Assembly: GCA_049322915.1 (NCBI GenBank)
Contig: JBMOPW010000026.1
Coordinates: 160,001 to 224,000 of the forward strand
DNA length: 64,000 nt
From: Candidatus Zhuqueibacterota bacterium
GTDB taxonomy: Bacteria; Zhuqueibacterota; Zhuqueibacteria; Thermofontimicrobiales; Thermofontimicrobiaceae
Direction: 5' to 3'
Shown here: piece by piece, positions 48,978-58,226 of the stretch
Numbering within the stretch: the stretch's first letter is position 1
Layout of the letters: every line of letters starts with the position of its first letter
Program-made: the position numbers and the translations under genes
The notes under the pieces: model-generated
What the model was told of the DNA's origin: nothing
Databases searched by the model: none
What the model saw: only the letters and a program-made list of their open reading frames with translations

Positions 48978-50126
48978 TTACTTTTTCACCGTTACAATGT
49001 GAATAATTTTATTGCTTAACAAATCGGAGTAATCCCGCGCCTGAAACTCGAAACGATAGTTGCCGGGAGTTGTATTGTAAGGAAAACGAATTTGCAGTGA
49101 ATAGATATGATTGCCAGGCTCCACATCGCCGCTCGTGCCGTCATCGTACATGAACAGGGGACTGCTTGCCGACATCTGGCCATCCGGTTTATAGCTGTTG
49201 AAAAAGACGTTTTTGATATCCCGATTGTCATCGGCATCCGACGCCGCAATGGTGATCAGCCGGGTATCCTCTCCTGTGGAAGGCAACTGAATGGTATCCG
49301 GAGCTGACAGATCGAAAACCACCGGCGCGACGCCGATGTCCATTTTCTTCCAGGGCAGAACGACATAGATGCTCTCGCTGACCTTGTCGCGGCTATCGTA
49401 CGCCTGAATGCTGACATGATACAGCCCGAATTTCCAGGCGGAAAACGCGGTGTTCGTTTCAATACCGAACACATGATCATTGGCCAGACTATCGCTGTGA
49501 ACGCCGTCGTCGTACAACTCGCCCTGTTCCGCCAGTTCGGAGACGGTTGGGCCGAGAATCTGATACGTCACCCGGGAGATAACATCGCCGCTGTCCTGAT
49601 CCACAGCATGCACCTGGAGCACGAACGGGACCACCTGATCCACCACGACAGAATCAGGGATGAAAATTTGGGTGATGATTGGAGCCGCATTGACAATCCC
49701 CTGCGCCACGACAAAACTCCGTGAAAGCGCATTGCTCTCCGCCTCCGATTGATCGATCGCTTTCACAGTTAACTGATACATGCCAGGCTCCAGAGTCGCA
49801 GACAGCCGCAGCGAAAATTTTCCATCGTTGGCAATATTGTCGCCGTGCGCGTCGTAATTGCCATCATCAAATAACGCGCCAGTCAGATTGACAGCGCCGC
49901 CGGTGACGCTGAAATTCACATGCTGAATATCGCCCAGACCATCCTGATCAGAACATTTCACTGAAAAAATATAGCTGGAAATCTCATTGGACAGCATGGT
50001 ATCAGGGACGCTCAGGGCTGAAAGAACAGGAACAGAATTTTTAGGTGAGACAGGATCGTCATTTTCACAAGAAGTCATGATGATGAGCATGGACAAAACA
50101 AGCGTTGTTTTCCAGGGGAACCGCAC
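48978..50126 (-). CDS. Lipoprotein with three Ig-like repeats bearing (L/M)xDDG..GD motifs
   Basis: Leader ending MTS-C; LFDDGNYDAHGDNIANDGKFS, LYDDGVHSDSLAND and MYDDGTSGD; GTG start with GGAG ribosome-binding site. Confidence 0.75.
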   Translation of the reverse strand: MRFPWKTTLVLSMLIIMTSCENDDPVSPKNSVPVLSALSVPDTMLSNEISSYIFSVKCSDQDGLGDIQHVNFSVTGGAVNLTGALFDDGNYDAHGDNIANDGKFSLRLSATLEPGMYQLTVKAIDQSEAESNALSRSFVVAQGIVNAAPIITQIFIPDSVVVDQVVPFVLQVHAVDQDSGDVISRVTYQILGPTVSELAEQGELYDDGVHSDSLANDHVFGIETNTAFSAWKFGLYHVSIQAYDSRDKVSESIYVVLPWKKMDIGVAPVVFDLSAPDTIQLPSTGEDTRLITIAASDADDNRDIKNVFFNSYKPDGQMSASSPLFMYDDGTSGDVEPGNHIYSLQIRFPYNTTPGNYRFEFQARDYSDLLSNKIIHIVTVKK

Positions 50127-50292
50127 GAGGACTCCATGATATATTTGAAAAAATTCTCGGTTGATTGATTATTCGATGAAAGGCATCGGTTTCAAAATGT
50201 TGTTAGTTGTATGTTTTTATAATCGTAAAAGTTCCACCCTTTTTTGGACGGAAGCGAGCGCTAAATATGTGAAATATTGAATTGTTGGATGG

Positions 50293-50338
50293 AAAAAAAA
50301 AGTGAGGAAAGTCGAATAGAAATTCATCTTTCCTCACT
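50293..50338 (-). terminator. Rho-independent terminator
   Basis: AGTGAGGAAAG/CTTTCCTCACT stem with an A-run on its left (T-run on the minus strand). Confidence 0.7.
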
Positions 50339-50476
50339 CAGATTTTGAAGATTCAATCACAGGGTGGAACGTATCTTCATTTTAAAGCTCACGCCATATT
50401 TGCTCAAGACGATCATGGCAACGAAACGGAAATTCAGCACACCCCCGTGAATGACGTACCTTTTGATCTGCGATCG

Positions 50477-52234
50477 TCATTTCAAAGTGAAATTGATCGG
50501 GACAGTGACCCAGGCGCCAACGGCTTTGCCATCTTTTTTCGCCGGCGTCCATTTCACCGCCTGCACCGCGTTCATTGCCGCCTTGACGCACTCCTCGTTA
50601 TCCATGCTTTTTTCTTTCTCGATTTTCACTTTCGCCACTTTACCGTCGACATCGATAAATGCGTTCACCCAAACAACCCCTTGCAGTTTTTGTTCTCTTG
50701 CTTTCGCAGGATAGGTGATGTGCTTTCCAATTTCGGCCATTCCGCCGACTGGTGAAGGAGACTCGTCCCACTCCGCCTGTTCAACGGTATCTTTGCTCTT
50801 GAGTTCATCCTTCAGGATTTCCGGCATGGGCGGCATTTCTTTTAAATCTTTGGAACCCTTCTTCTTCACCTCTTCATTGTACTGGGTGACTTTTTTCACT
50901 TCCTGTTCGTACTTCTTTTTTATCTGTAAGATTTTTTCGTCATCCGAAGCGAGCTCCTTGCTCACCAGTTTGAAATCCATGCTGGTCGTCAGATTCACCT
51001 TGACGTTAATGGATGCGACCTTAACACTCATGAATCCAGGAGAAGAGGCGAGTAAGTTGTACACGCCAGGCGGAACGTCTGCGATTGTATAGCTGCCATT
51101 CACGTCCGAAATGCCCTTGAAATTCGTGCCATCAATTGCGACCGTTGCACCGGACAAGGGCACTCCGGTTTTGACATCGATAACAACGCCGGTTATTTTC
51201 CCTGTGCTCTCATTGTGAGACGCGGTCATGCCTTCTGAAGCGGCTGTCTCCCCATTGGTAATTTCACCAATGCTCCAGGAAAAGGGAACCATCAGCAGGA
51301 TCAGTACACCTGCAATCAACAACCTTGACTTTTTAGAAATGTGTTTCATAGTGGCCTCCGTAATTTGATATTGTACACGTTTGAGTAATTCATTTTTCTG
51401 CCTGATCAGGGCAGACGCCGAAGAACAGCCTAACTCTGAATAAGCTATATCTTCAGCGATTTTCACCAGATATCTGGAGTACTCCACATGTGAACTTTTT
51501 TTGGACTCGACTGAAGCATCATCGCACGCCATCTCGCGGTATTGGTTCAACCGCTGATTCAATATCCACACCAGCGGGTGGAAAAAGTATATTGCTTGAA
51601 TGAACAATTGTATCAGTTGTGACAATCCATCGCGCCGGCGAATGTGGGCTAATTCGTGCTGGAGAATCATTCTCCTGCAATCAGGGGTCCAATTTTCCCA
51701 ATGATTGGGAACATACACTTTATTCGAAAAAATGCCCAGCGTTAAGGGCATATTGATACGACTGCTTTTGTAAATGCGAATGGAATCCAATCCGGGTGTA
51801 TTGTGAACGTCCTCAAATTTAACAGGCACAGCTTCGCGCAGTTTCATCCGCAATCTGATCGTGGAAATAAAAGGTATCAGCACTGCGATGCCCGCTGTCA
51901 CGCCCCAGACGACCAGAAGAATCACGGAAATACTGAGCTTTTCGGAAAGGGTCATCTGCTCCGCCTCGGAAATCACGACGAAATTTCCGATATCAAAATT
52001 TACCACGCCATTGGAGAAAGAAAAGGGGCCCTTTAAAAACGGCGCAGGAAGATACGGAGGGACCAGCAACTTCAGCAAGCCGATGAACGCCACGACGTAC
52101 TTCAGACGCGCATCCGCATTTTTCAATAGCGCCAGCGCAATGAAGATGACGATTAAAAACAGTGTGTTCTGAATAATCATTGAACTGAAAATAATCGCCC
52201 ATTGCTGGCTCAGATGATTCAATGTCTCAGTCAT
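50477..52234 (-). CDS. BlaR1/M56 peptidase fused to carboxypeptidase-regulatory-like and TonB C-terminal domains
   Basis: HELAHIRRRD, FFHPLVW and REMACD; TGKITGVV..GATV; ITYPAKARE..QG.V...WTPA..DGK.V..WVTVPINF. Confidence 0.9.
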   Translation of the reverse strand: MTETLNHLSQQWAIIFSSMIIQNTLFLIVIFIALALLKNADARLKYVVAFIGLLKLLVPPYLPAPFLKGPFSFSNGVVNFDIGNFVVISEAEQMTLSEKLSISVILLVVWGVTAGIAVLIPFISTIRLRMKLREAVPVKFEDVHNTPGLDSIRIYKSSRINMPLTLGIFSNKVYVPNHWENWTPDCRRMILQHELAHIRRRDGLSQLIQLFIQAIYFFHPLVWILNQRLNQYREMACDDASVESKKSSHVEYSRYLVKIAEDIAYSELGCSSASALIRQKNELLKRVQYQITEATMKHISKKSRLLIAGVLILLMVPFSWSIGEITNGETAASEGMTASHNESTGKITGVVIDVKTGVPLSGATVAIDGTNFKGISDVNGSYTIADVPPGVYNLLASSPGFMSVKVASINVKVNLTTSMDFKLVSKELASDDEKILQIKKKYEQEVKKVTQYNEEVKKKGSKDLKEMPPMPEILKDELKSKDTVEQAEWDESPSPVGGMAEIGKHITYPAKAREQKLQGVVWVNAFIDVDGKVAKVKIEKEKSMDNEECVKAAMNAVQAVKWTPAKKDGKAVGAWVTVPINFTLK

Positions 52235-52628
52235 GATTCGAGTCCTTCAAAACAGCTTCTTTTTTATCCAGGAGCTCTTTAATCATCCCGATCTCTTTCA
52301 ATGTCAGATCTTTTGAATTGATCAGAAAATTCGCGAGCGCCGGCGCGGACCCGCTGAACATGCGGGAAATGAACTGCGAGAGTTCTGAGTTCACCAACTG
52401 GTCCCGCGTCTTCGTCGGTTTGTAGAAGTTCACCAGTCCCTGTTTTTTTCGTTTTAGCAATCCTTTTTTCTCAAGAATATTCATGATGGTCTGGACTGTG
52501 GTGTAGGCCTTTTCGCCGCCCGGAAAAGCGTGATCCAGCACTTCCCGCACCGATGGCGAGCCTTTCAGCGACCAGATGGCCTCCATGATTTCCCATTCAG
52601 CAGGCGTCAATTTTTCTGTAACTGACAT
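52227..52628 (-). CDS. BlaI/MecI/CopY-family repressor
   Basis: LTPAEWEIMEAIW...AYTTVQTIMNILEKKG. Confidence 0.93.
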   Translation of the reverse strand: MSVTEKLTPAEWEIMEAIWSLKGSPSVREVLDHAFPGGEKAYTTVQTIMNILEKKGLLKRKKQGLVNFYKPTKTRDQLVNSELSQFISRMFSGSAPALANFLINSKDLTLKEIGMIKELLDKKEAVLKDSNHD

Positions 52629-52745
52629 CTATCCTCCTCGCACAATCAAGCGGTATGCATGCTCATGCTTGTGGCGCATTGAACATAATTTTTAAAATTC
52701 TTCGCGCAACTTCATCGCATCGTGACCACTCACCAATTGCGATAG

Positions 52746-52810
52746 TACTAATGAATTAATATATCTACTAATCTCATAGTAAATATACTAAACTATAAGT
52801 ACATTGTCAA
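52746..52810 (-). promoter_or_regulatory. Promoter with three tandem TACTA-N6-TAGTA-like operators
   Basis: Minus-strand TTGACA (52810-05)-17 nt-TATATT (52787-82); 16-bp boxes at 52746, 52766 and 52786 (20-bp period). Confidence 0.75.
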
Positions 52811-52953
52811 GCACTTTTTTTATTTTTTTTAAAATTTATATTCGCTATTTCAGCCAGGGGTGAAAGCGCCGCAGCCGTGCGAAAATCATTCCTCAAACGA
52901 GTCATGCCGGAACCGGCAGTCAATTCGGAGGCGCATGTCCACCCTTTGGAGTC

Positions 52954-52995
52954 AAAAAAAAAGTCCACTTCCTGTTTACGAAAGGGACTTTTTTT
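52954..52995. terminator. Rho-independent terminator, bidirectional type
   Basis: A-run AAGTCC..GGACTT T-run, downstream of the HAD gene. Confidence 0.65.
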
Positions 52996-53020
52996 GTTAC
53001 ATCAATTTTTAAAAGTGGAG

Positions 53021-53674
53021 CTAATGTCTCCCGTTCAACAACCGCTCGATTGGAACGGATTGCAAGTCGTTCACGATTAAATCAGCCTCGCGCAACAGCG
53101 CCGTGTCCTCGATGGTCGTCTGAACGGCCACGCAGTACATCCCGGCCGACCTGGCTGCACGAATTCCCAGCGGCGCATTTTCAATGACCAGACACTGTGC
53201 CGGCGTTACGTGCAGTTCGCGGGACGCTTTCAAAAAGGGCTCCGGATCTGGTTTGGTGCGTGACACCGCATCGCCGGTGACGATGGTATCAAAATTTTCC
53301 AGAAAATTCTCTCCCACGACCGGAATAATATTGGGCAGCGTGGAGCCGGTCACCAGGGCAACTTTTTTCGTTCTGCGTTTCAAAAAGGCAAGCATGTCCT
53401 CCACGCCGGGATAAATCGTCGCGCGAGTCACTTTTCGATAGAACTCTCTCTTATTGCGCGCCAGTTCAAGAAGCTCGGGCTTCTTCAGTGACAGTCCTTT
53501 TTGCTCAGCCAGACTGACGCCAATCTCCTCCGCCATTTTTCCTTCAAGTTGGCACACATCCAGCCAATGGATCGCCACGTTGTACCTGGAAAAAGCCAGA
53601 TTCCAGGCCTGCACGTGATAGGTCATTGTATCGGCGATGACGCCATCAAAATCAAACAGTACTGCTTCGATCAC
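53021..53674 (-). CDS. HAD-family phosphatase (beta-phosphoglucomutase-like)
   Basis: FDFDGVIADT, VTG, KPDPEPF and IENAPLGI motifs; GTG start at 53674 with GAGGGAG ribosome-binding site. Confidence 0.9.
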   Translation of the reverse strand: MIEAVLFDFDGVIADTMTYHVQAWNLAFSRYNVAIHWLDVCQLEGKMAEEIGVSLAEQKGLSLKKPELLELARNKREFYRKVTRATIYPGVEDMLAFLKRRTKKVALVTGSTLPNIIPVVGENFLENFDTIVTGDAVSRTKPDPEPFLKASRELHVTPAQCLVIENAPLGIRAARSAGMYCVAVQTTIEDTALLREADLIVNDLQSVPIERLLNGRH

Positions 53675-53725
53675 AAGAAAACTCCCTCGGCAAATTATCA
53701 AACAATTGTTTAAGCTTATCAATCC

Positions 53726-53884
53726 AACTATTCAGGCATGCATTATTGCTGCAAAGACACCAAGTCCCGAAGTTACACGATGATGTGCTTTTTTTTATTC
53801 AATCTTTCCATGCGATAATCATAACTTTTTCTAAAACCAATTTTAGATATTTTTTTCTTTGCACCTTTGAGGCTGAATAATTCC
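53726..53884. repeat. Short element with inverted termini (GTAA..TCAG family)
   Basis: AACTATTCAG (53726-35) versus CTGAATAATT (53873-82); left part homologous to 47270-47378. Confidence 0.65.
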
Positions 53885-53924
53885 ATCAAGCTTTTTAAAC
53901 AAAGAAAAATGCATTTCCACTTTT

Positions 53925-53965
53925 GCGTCTCGCATCTCGCGTCTCACATCTCGCGTCTCGCGTCT
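53925..53965. repeat. 7-nt tandem repeat (GCGTCTC-like x6)
   Basis: gcgtctc gcatctc gcgtctc acatctc gcgtctc gcgtct, 4 nt after the HD gene stop. Confidence 0.85.
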
Positions 53966-53969
53966 ATCG

Positions 53970-54506
53970 TCACCCCATTTTTATCGGCTCAAAATTCATG
54001 AAATCAGCATGATGCACAATCACAGCCTCCGGGCAGCGATACCCGCCATCGCCTTCTTTGGCATGCACGGCGATCATGTGCACGACTTTATCGGGCAAAT
54101 CGTGCTTCATGGCCAATCCCGCGCCGCTGAATGGATGCCGCAGCAATTTACCGGTGACGCTTTTCTTGATTCCGTCCGGCATGTTGGCATATTCCAGAAT
54201 TTTTCCCACATCATGCAACAATCCGCCGGAGACGAGAATATCATCGTCGATGGAATAGGTGTCCCCGTTGAACTTCTTCAGCACCCTGGCCGATTCAATC
54301 GCGACCTGGGTGACGCCTCGGGTGTGATCGATAATATTCACCGGACAGTCCGGAATCAACAGCGTGAAGGGAATTCGTTCCAGATCTGAAACCTTCCAGC
54401 CGCCGCGTTCCAGGGCTTCCAGCCAAACATCGATGGTTTTATTTCGAAGCTCTTCATTTTTAATCAAATTGAATTCAGGAAAAACATTGATCAGTTCGTC
54501 GCGCAT
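53970..54506 (-). CDS. HD-domain phosphohydrolase
   Basis: DHTRGV, LLHDVGK, RHPFSG and HHAD motifs; ATG 54506 with GGAGAG ribosome-binding site. Confidence 0.88.
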   Translation of the reverse strand: MRDELINVFPEFNLIKNEELRNKTIDVWLEALERGGWKVSDLERIPFTLLIPDCPVNIIDHTRGVTQVAIESARVLKKFNGDTYSIDDDILVSGGLLHDVGKILEYANMPDGIKKSVTGKLLRHPFSGAGLAMKHDLPDKVVHMIAVHAKEGDGGYRCPEAVIVHHADFMNFEPIKMG

Positions 54507-54667
54507 AGTTCTCTCCAATTAAAATTTGATCCAGTGTCGTTCAGTACTGAATTTGAAATCATCTGCTTCTAACGGACACGAGGGTATTCCTCAACAGCCC
54601 ATCACCTGGCCGGGCATTCGAATCGATCCGAATCTGCGGGCATTTACCATTCCGCGATACCCAATTT

Positions 54668-55489
54668 TCACCGGCTCTCCCGCGTTCTCTTTTCCGCCAT
54701 AATTTTATACTGGCGGCCGGCAAAGGTAAAAATATTGTTGCGCCTGCCAATCAGTTCGACTGAATTGCGATTCGCTTTCATCATTTTTGTGAACGATCGT
54801 GCAGGTCGGGCGCTGTCGAAGTCCCCCTTAATTTTGAATCCGAAGGTTCCCACGGTTTCTTCCTCACCGCTGAACGGCAGTGGATCGGATCCGGCAATCA
54901 CCGAATAGCCTTTCTGCTTCGCCCGTTTGATGAGCTTCGGTTCTGGCCACAGCGTGTGTCGCAGTGTGGTTTCGCCGATAAAGGCATCGTCGGCCGAATA
55001 CTCATAGATGAGGCTCGCAATCACTTGTCCCCGTTTGAAAAACCATTTTCCCGGCGCCCAGTTCAGCGTGGGAATACCGCCCGAATCCTCGATGGCCTGT
55101 TTTATCTCCCGAATCGACTTTTCCCGGTCAGGAATATTTAACCGCGAAACAAGCGATAAAATCTCCAGCCCCTCGCTGGCAACCAACTGCCGGCCGGCAA
55201 AAATGTACAGGTATGGTTCGGAATTTTTTCGAACGAGAATTGTCAACCCATCTTCGTGCGGGATAAATTCGTAGCCATCTTTTTTAAAGACAGCCGGGGA
55301 TTTTGAAATTTCATCGAACATGGCGCAATCCGATCGTTCGGTCAACTGCCACACCGGAACGACTTTTTCGCCAGCCTTCCCATTACAATTCTTCATTAAA
55401 TTTTCATGTCCATTTTCAATCGCTCGCGTCAAATCGTAAATCGGATACAAATGAACATGCCCATCCACACTCAGCGTTGCCTGTGCCAT
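54668..55489 (-). CDS. Hypothetical protein, degenerate PHP-like fold
   Basis: DGHVHLY near the N-terminus, TER, and AGSDP near the C-terminus. Confidence 0.6.
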   Translation of the reverse strand: MAQATLSVDGHVHLYPIYDLTRAIENGHENLMKNCNGKAGEKVVPVWQLTERSDCAMFDEISKSPAVFKKDGYEFIPHEDGLTILVRKNSEPYLYIFAGRQLVASEGLEILSLVSRLNIPDREKSIREIKQAIEDSGGIPTLNWAPGKWFFKRGQVIASLIYEYSADDAFIGETTLRHTLWPEPKLIKRAKQKGYSVIAGSDPLPFSGEEETVGTFGFKIKGDFDSARPARSFTKMMKANRNSVELIGRRNNIFTFAGRQYKIMAEKRTRESR

Positions 55490-55618
55490 TATGCTTTCTC
55501 CTTCAAACTCAGCGATCCGTTGTTAATTCATGTTTTTCATTTCAATCGTTGGGATTCAGTGCTCGGTCAGTATTTATAATTCCCCAAACGCTTTTCAACT
55601 AATCTCGTCTCACGTTTT

Positions 55619-56335
55619 CTATCTTCGAATCAGCCCAATCATGTCGCGCACAGCTCTTTCCATGCCAGTGAGTACGGCGCGCGAGATAATGGAATGACCG
55701 ATATTCAATTCCTCGATCTCTTTAATCTTCGCCACATCGACGACATTTTGATAGTTCAATCCGTGGCCGGCGCTGACGCCCAGTCCCAGTTTTGAAGCGG
55801 CCATTGCCATGGACCGAATGCGCTCCAATTCTTCGACGACCTTGTTCAGGTCCTGCGCATTGGCATAGGCGCCGGTATGCAGTTCCACGTAATCAGCGCC
55901 AAGTTTGGCAACCGCTTTGATCTGGTAAATATCCGGATCGATAAAAAAACTGACGACGATATTGTTCGCGCGCAGCGTCGAGGTGATTGCTTCCAGATAT
56001 TCGAAATTAGCAGTGACGTCCAGACCGCCCTCGGTGGTCACTTCCTGCCGCCGCTCCGGGACAAGCGTCACCATATCCGGCAGCACTGAGATGGCTTTTT
56101 TCACCATATCATCCGTGGCAGCCATTTCCAGATTCAGATGCGTTCGCACCACCTGCCGCAGCAGGGTCAAATCGCGGTCTTTAATATGGCGCCGGTCTTC
56201 GCGCAGATGGCACACGATGCCATCGGCGCCTGCCAGTTCCGCAAGCACAGCGCCGGCAATCGGGTCCGGCTCACGTCCGCGTCGCGCTTCACGGATTGTT
56301 GCAATATGATCTACATTCACGCCTAATCGAACCAT
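55619..56335 (-). CDS. pdxJ: Pyridoxine 5'-phosphate synthase
   Basis: [47 protein letters not shown] and NIGHSII motifs. Confidence 0.97.
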   Translation of the reverse strand: MVRLGVNVDHIATIREARRGREPDPIAGAVLAELAGADGIVCHLREDRRHIKDRDLTLLRQVVRTHLNLEMAATDDMVKKAISVLPDMVTLVPERRQEVTTEGGLDVTANFEYLEAITSTLRANNIVVSFFIDPDIYQIKAVAKLGADYVELHTGAYANAQDLNKVVEELERIRSMAMAASKLGLGVSAGHGLNYQNVVDVAKIKEIEELNIGHSIISRAVLTGMERAVRDMIGLIRR

Positions 56336-56418
56336 ATACTCCTCCATACAATATCTGTATCCGTTATAGGAACTGCTAGATTAATTTCAAACCAGAAAGC
56401 GTCGAGGGGTTAATTCGC

Positions 56419-57657
56419 CTACTTCACAATTTCCGAGACCGGCACGATGACGAACCCCTGTTTTTCCAATCGCGGCAACTCCTCTTTGAGCACATCAAGC
56501 GTCTCTTTATAAGGATGCCCGATGACAATCACCGTCCCCTTTTTCTGAGCGATCTTCGCGGCTGCCCGTATTTTGCCGCGGATATAGTCTTCATCCTCGT
56601 TCTTGTGTCGCTCCAAAAACGCGCCGTTGGATAAATATTTCATGTGATGTTTTTTCGCCAGCGCCGGCACGACCGTTTGCGTGGTTGTCCGGCTGTCAAC
56701 GAAGAACTTATCCAACTTTTGCACTTGTGTCAGCACAACATCCATCAATGCGTTGTCCCCGGTAATTTTCGAACCCATGTGATTGTTGGCCCCGATGGCA
56801 TCCGGCAACGAGGCAAATGCCTTTTGCACCCGCTGGGCGATTTCTTTTTTCGGCAGGTCGGCAAAAATTGTGTAGGGACTGTCTTCCACTTTTTCTTCCA
56901 CCGCCTCCATAGGAATGTGCACCATAATCTCTTTATGATGCTGCTTCGCCTTTTCAGCAATTTTTGCAGAGTGCTTCTGCCCTGGAATCACGGACAGGGT
57001 TATCGGGTAATCGAGAGACAGATAGTTGTCGCTGGTCCGATTGTCGTAATAGCCAAAATCATCGATGATGAACGCTAATTTTCCGGCATGGCGCTTCAGG
57101 TCAGGATTTTTGATGAATGTGATCGTGAGAAGCGTTTCCTTACCGGAACCGATGGAAATAGTCGACTCGCCCGTCTTCAAATTTTCCTCGGAGTCCAGCA
57201 CCTTCAAATCCATCTTCTTCACTTTCGGGATGATCTCCCAGATCACCGTCACAGCCGGCAATTCATTCGGTAGCTGCACTTCAAGGTAGCGGTCGCTTCG
57301 TTTCACCCATGATTTCTGGATATTCAGATCTTTGAAAATCTCGTCGATGACAACGCCCAGCGCCTCCTCTTTCGGAAGTGAACTGATGTCCACCGGCGCC
57401 TCCTTCGGAATCGGCTCTTCCTCTGCCGGCGTGACCACAGGGGTCTTTTGCGCCGGCGGTTTGGGACCCTCTTTTTTCTCCGGGCCGAATAATTTGTACA
57501 GGATGAATCCACAGATCCCAATCAGCACGAGAAAGCGGATGATCTTAGCCGCTACCTGAAGTCCCCTGGTCTCTTTGGTGGTGCGACGTTTCCGCACTGT
57601 AGCAGGAGCTCGCCGACGCTTCACCGGCTTTCGTCGATTATATTTTTTTTTTGCCAT
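56419..57657 (-). CDS. Divergent polysaccharide deacetylase (YibQ-like), membrane-anchored
   Basis: AFIIDDFG, HIPME, NNHMGS, FVDSRT and IGHP motifs. Confidence 0.9.
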   Translation of the reverse strand: MAKKKYNRRKPVKRRRAPATVRKRRTTKETRGLQVAAKIIRFLVLIGICGFILYKLFGPEKKEGPKPPAQKTPVVTPAEEEPIPKEAPVDISSLPKEEALGVVIDEIFKDLNIQKSWVKRSDRYLEVQLPNELPAVTVIWEIIPKVKKMDLKVLDSEENLKTGESTISIGSGKETLLTITFIKNPDLKRHAGKLAFIIDDFGYYDNRTSDNYLSLDYPITLSVIPGQKHSAKIAEKAKQHHKEIMVHIPMEAVEEKVEDSPYTIFADLPKKEIAQRVQKAFASLPDAIGANNHMGSKITGDNALMDVVLTQVQKLDKFFVDSRTTTQTVVPALAKKHHMKYLSNGAFLERHKNEDEDYIRGKIRAAAKIAQKKGTVIVIGHPYKETLDVLKEELPRLEKQGFVIVPVSEIVK

Positions 57658-57707
57658 GGCTTTATTCTATTTTAATTTTGAAAATCTTCATCGCTGAAAA
57701 ATTGGAC

Positions 57708-57855
57708 GTAGCCGTTCACAGGTTCTGGGTTCACTGTTCTCGGTTGGGGTTTTGGACATGGTCACTCGAAACATTTTTTATGCTCAAATAGTCCGTCATC
57801 AACTGTAAGTTATTATTAACCTTGAATCCTGAACGATGAACCTGTGGATGGTTAC
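57708..57855. repeat. Short element with inverted termini and inverted 7-mer arrays
   Basis: GTAGCCGTTCACAGGTTC versus GAACCTGTGGATGGTTAC (15/18; all three mismatches are G-T); inner units ggttctg ggttcac tgttctc versus aaccttg aatcctg aacgatg aacctgt. Confidence 0.7.
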
Positions 57856-58226
57856 AATTGAACTGCTCAATGAAAAACCGGTTGCAGCGACCAGTTATGT
57901 GAAAAAAGGATGACGCACCGGCGTTTGCCTGAATTCGCGTTGCTGAAAATCGTCACTCTTCATGAGTCCCCATACAATAACACTTTCAGCGGTAAAAGTC
58001 AAATGCTTTTTCTCCAATCCTGCTGTCTGGCCCGGGTTTAATCAGGATGGATGGGATGCCTCTTCAAAAATCGCTCTGCCCTTTTCGCGACTGATTTTCC
58101 GGAATTGGCCAATTGTCGTTTGACAAATTCCATAATTGGTCCGGCGTCCTCAATTTTATTGAAAAATTTTTCAAGGGACTCAATGGCGTGCGCGATGCTT
58201 GTCCGGCATGATGGGAAAAGCATCGG

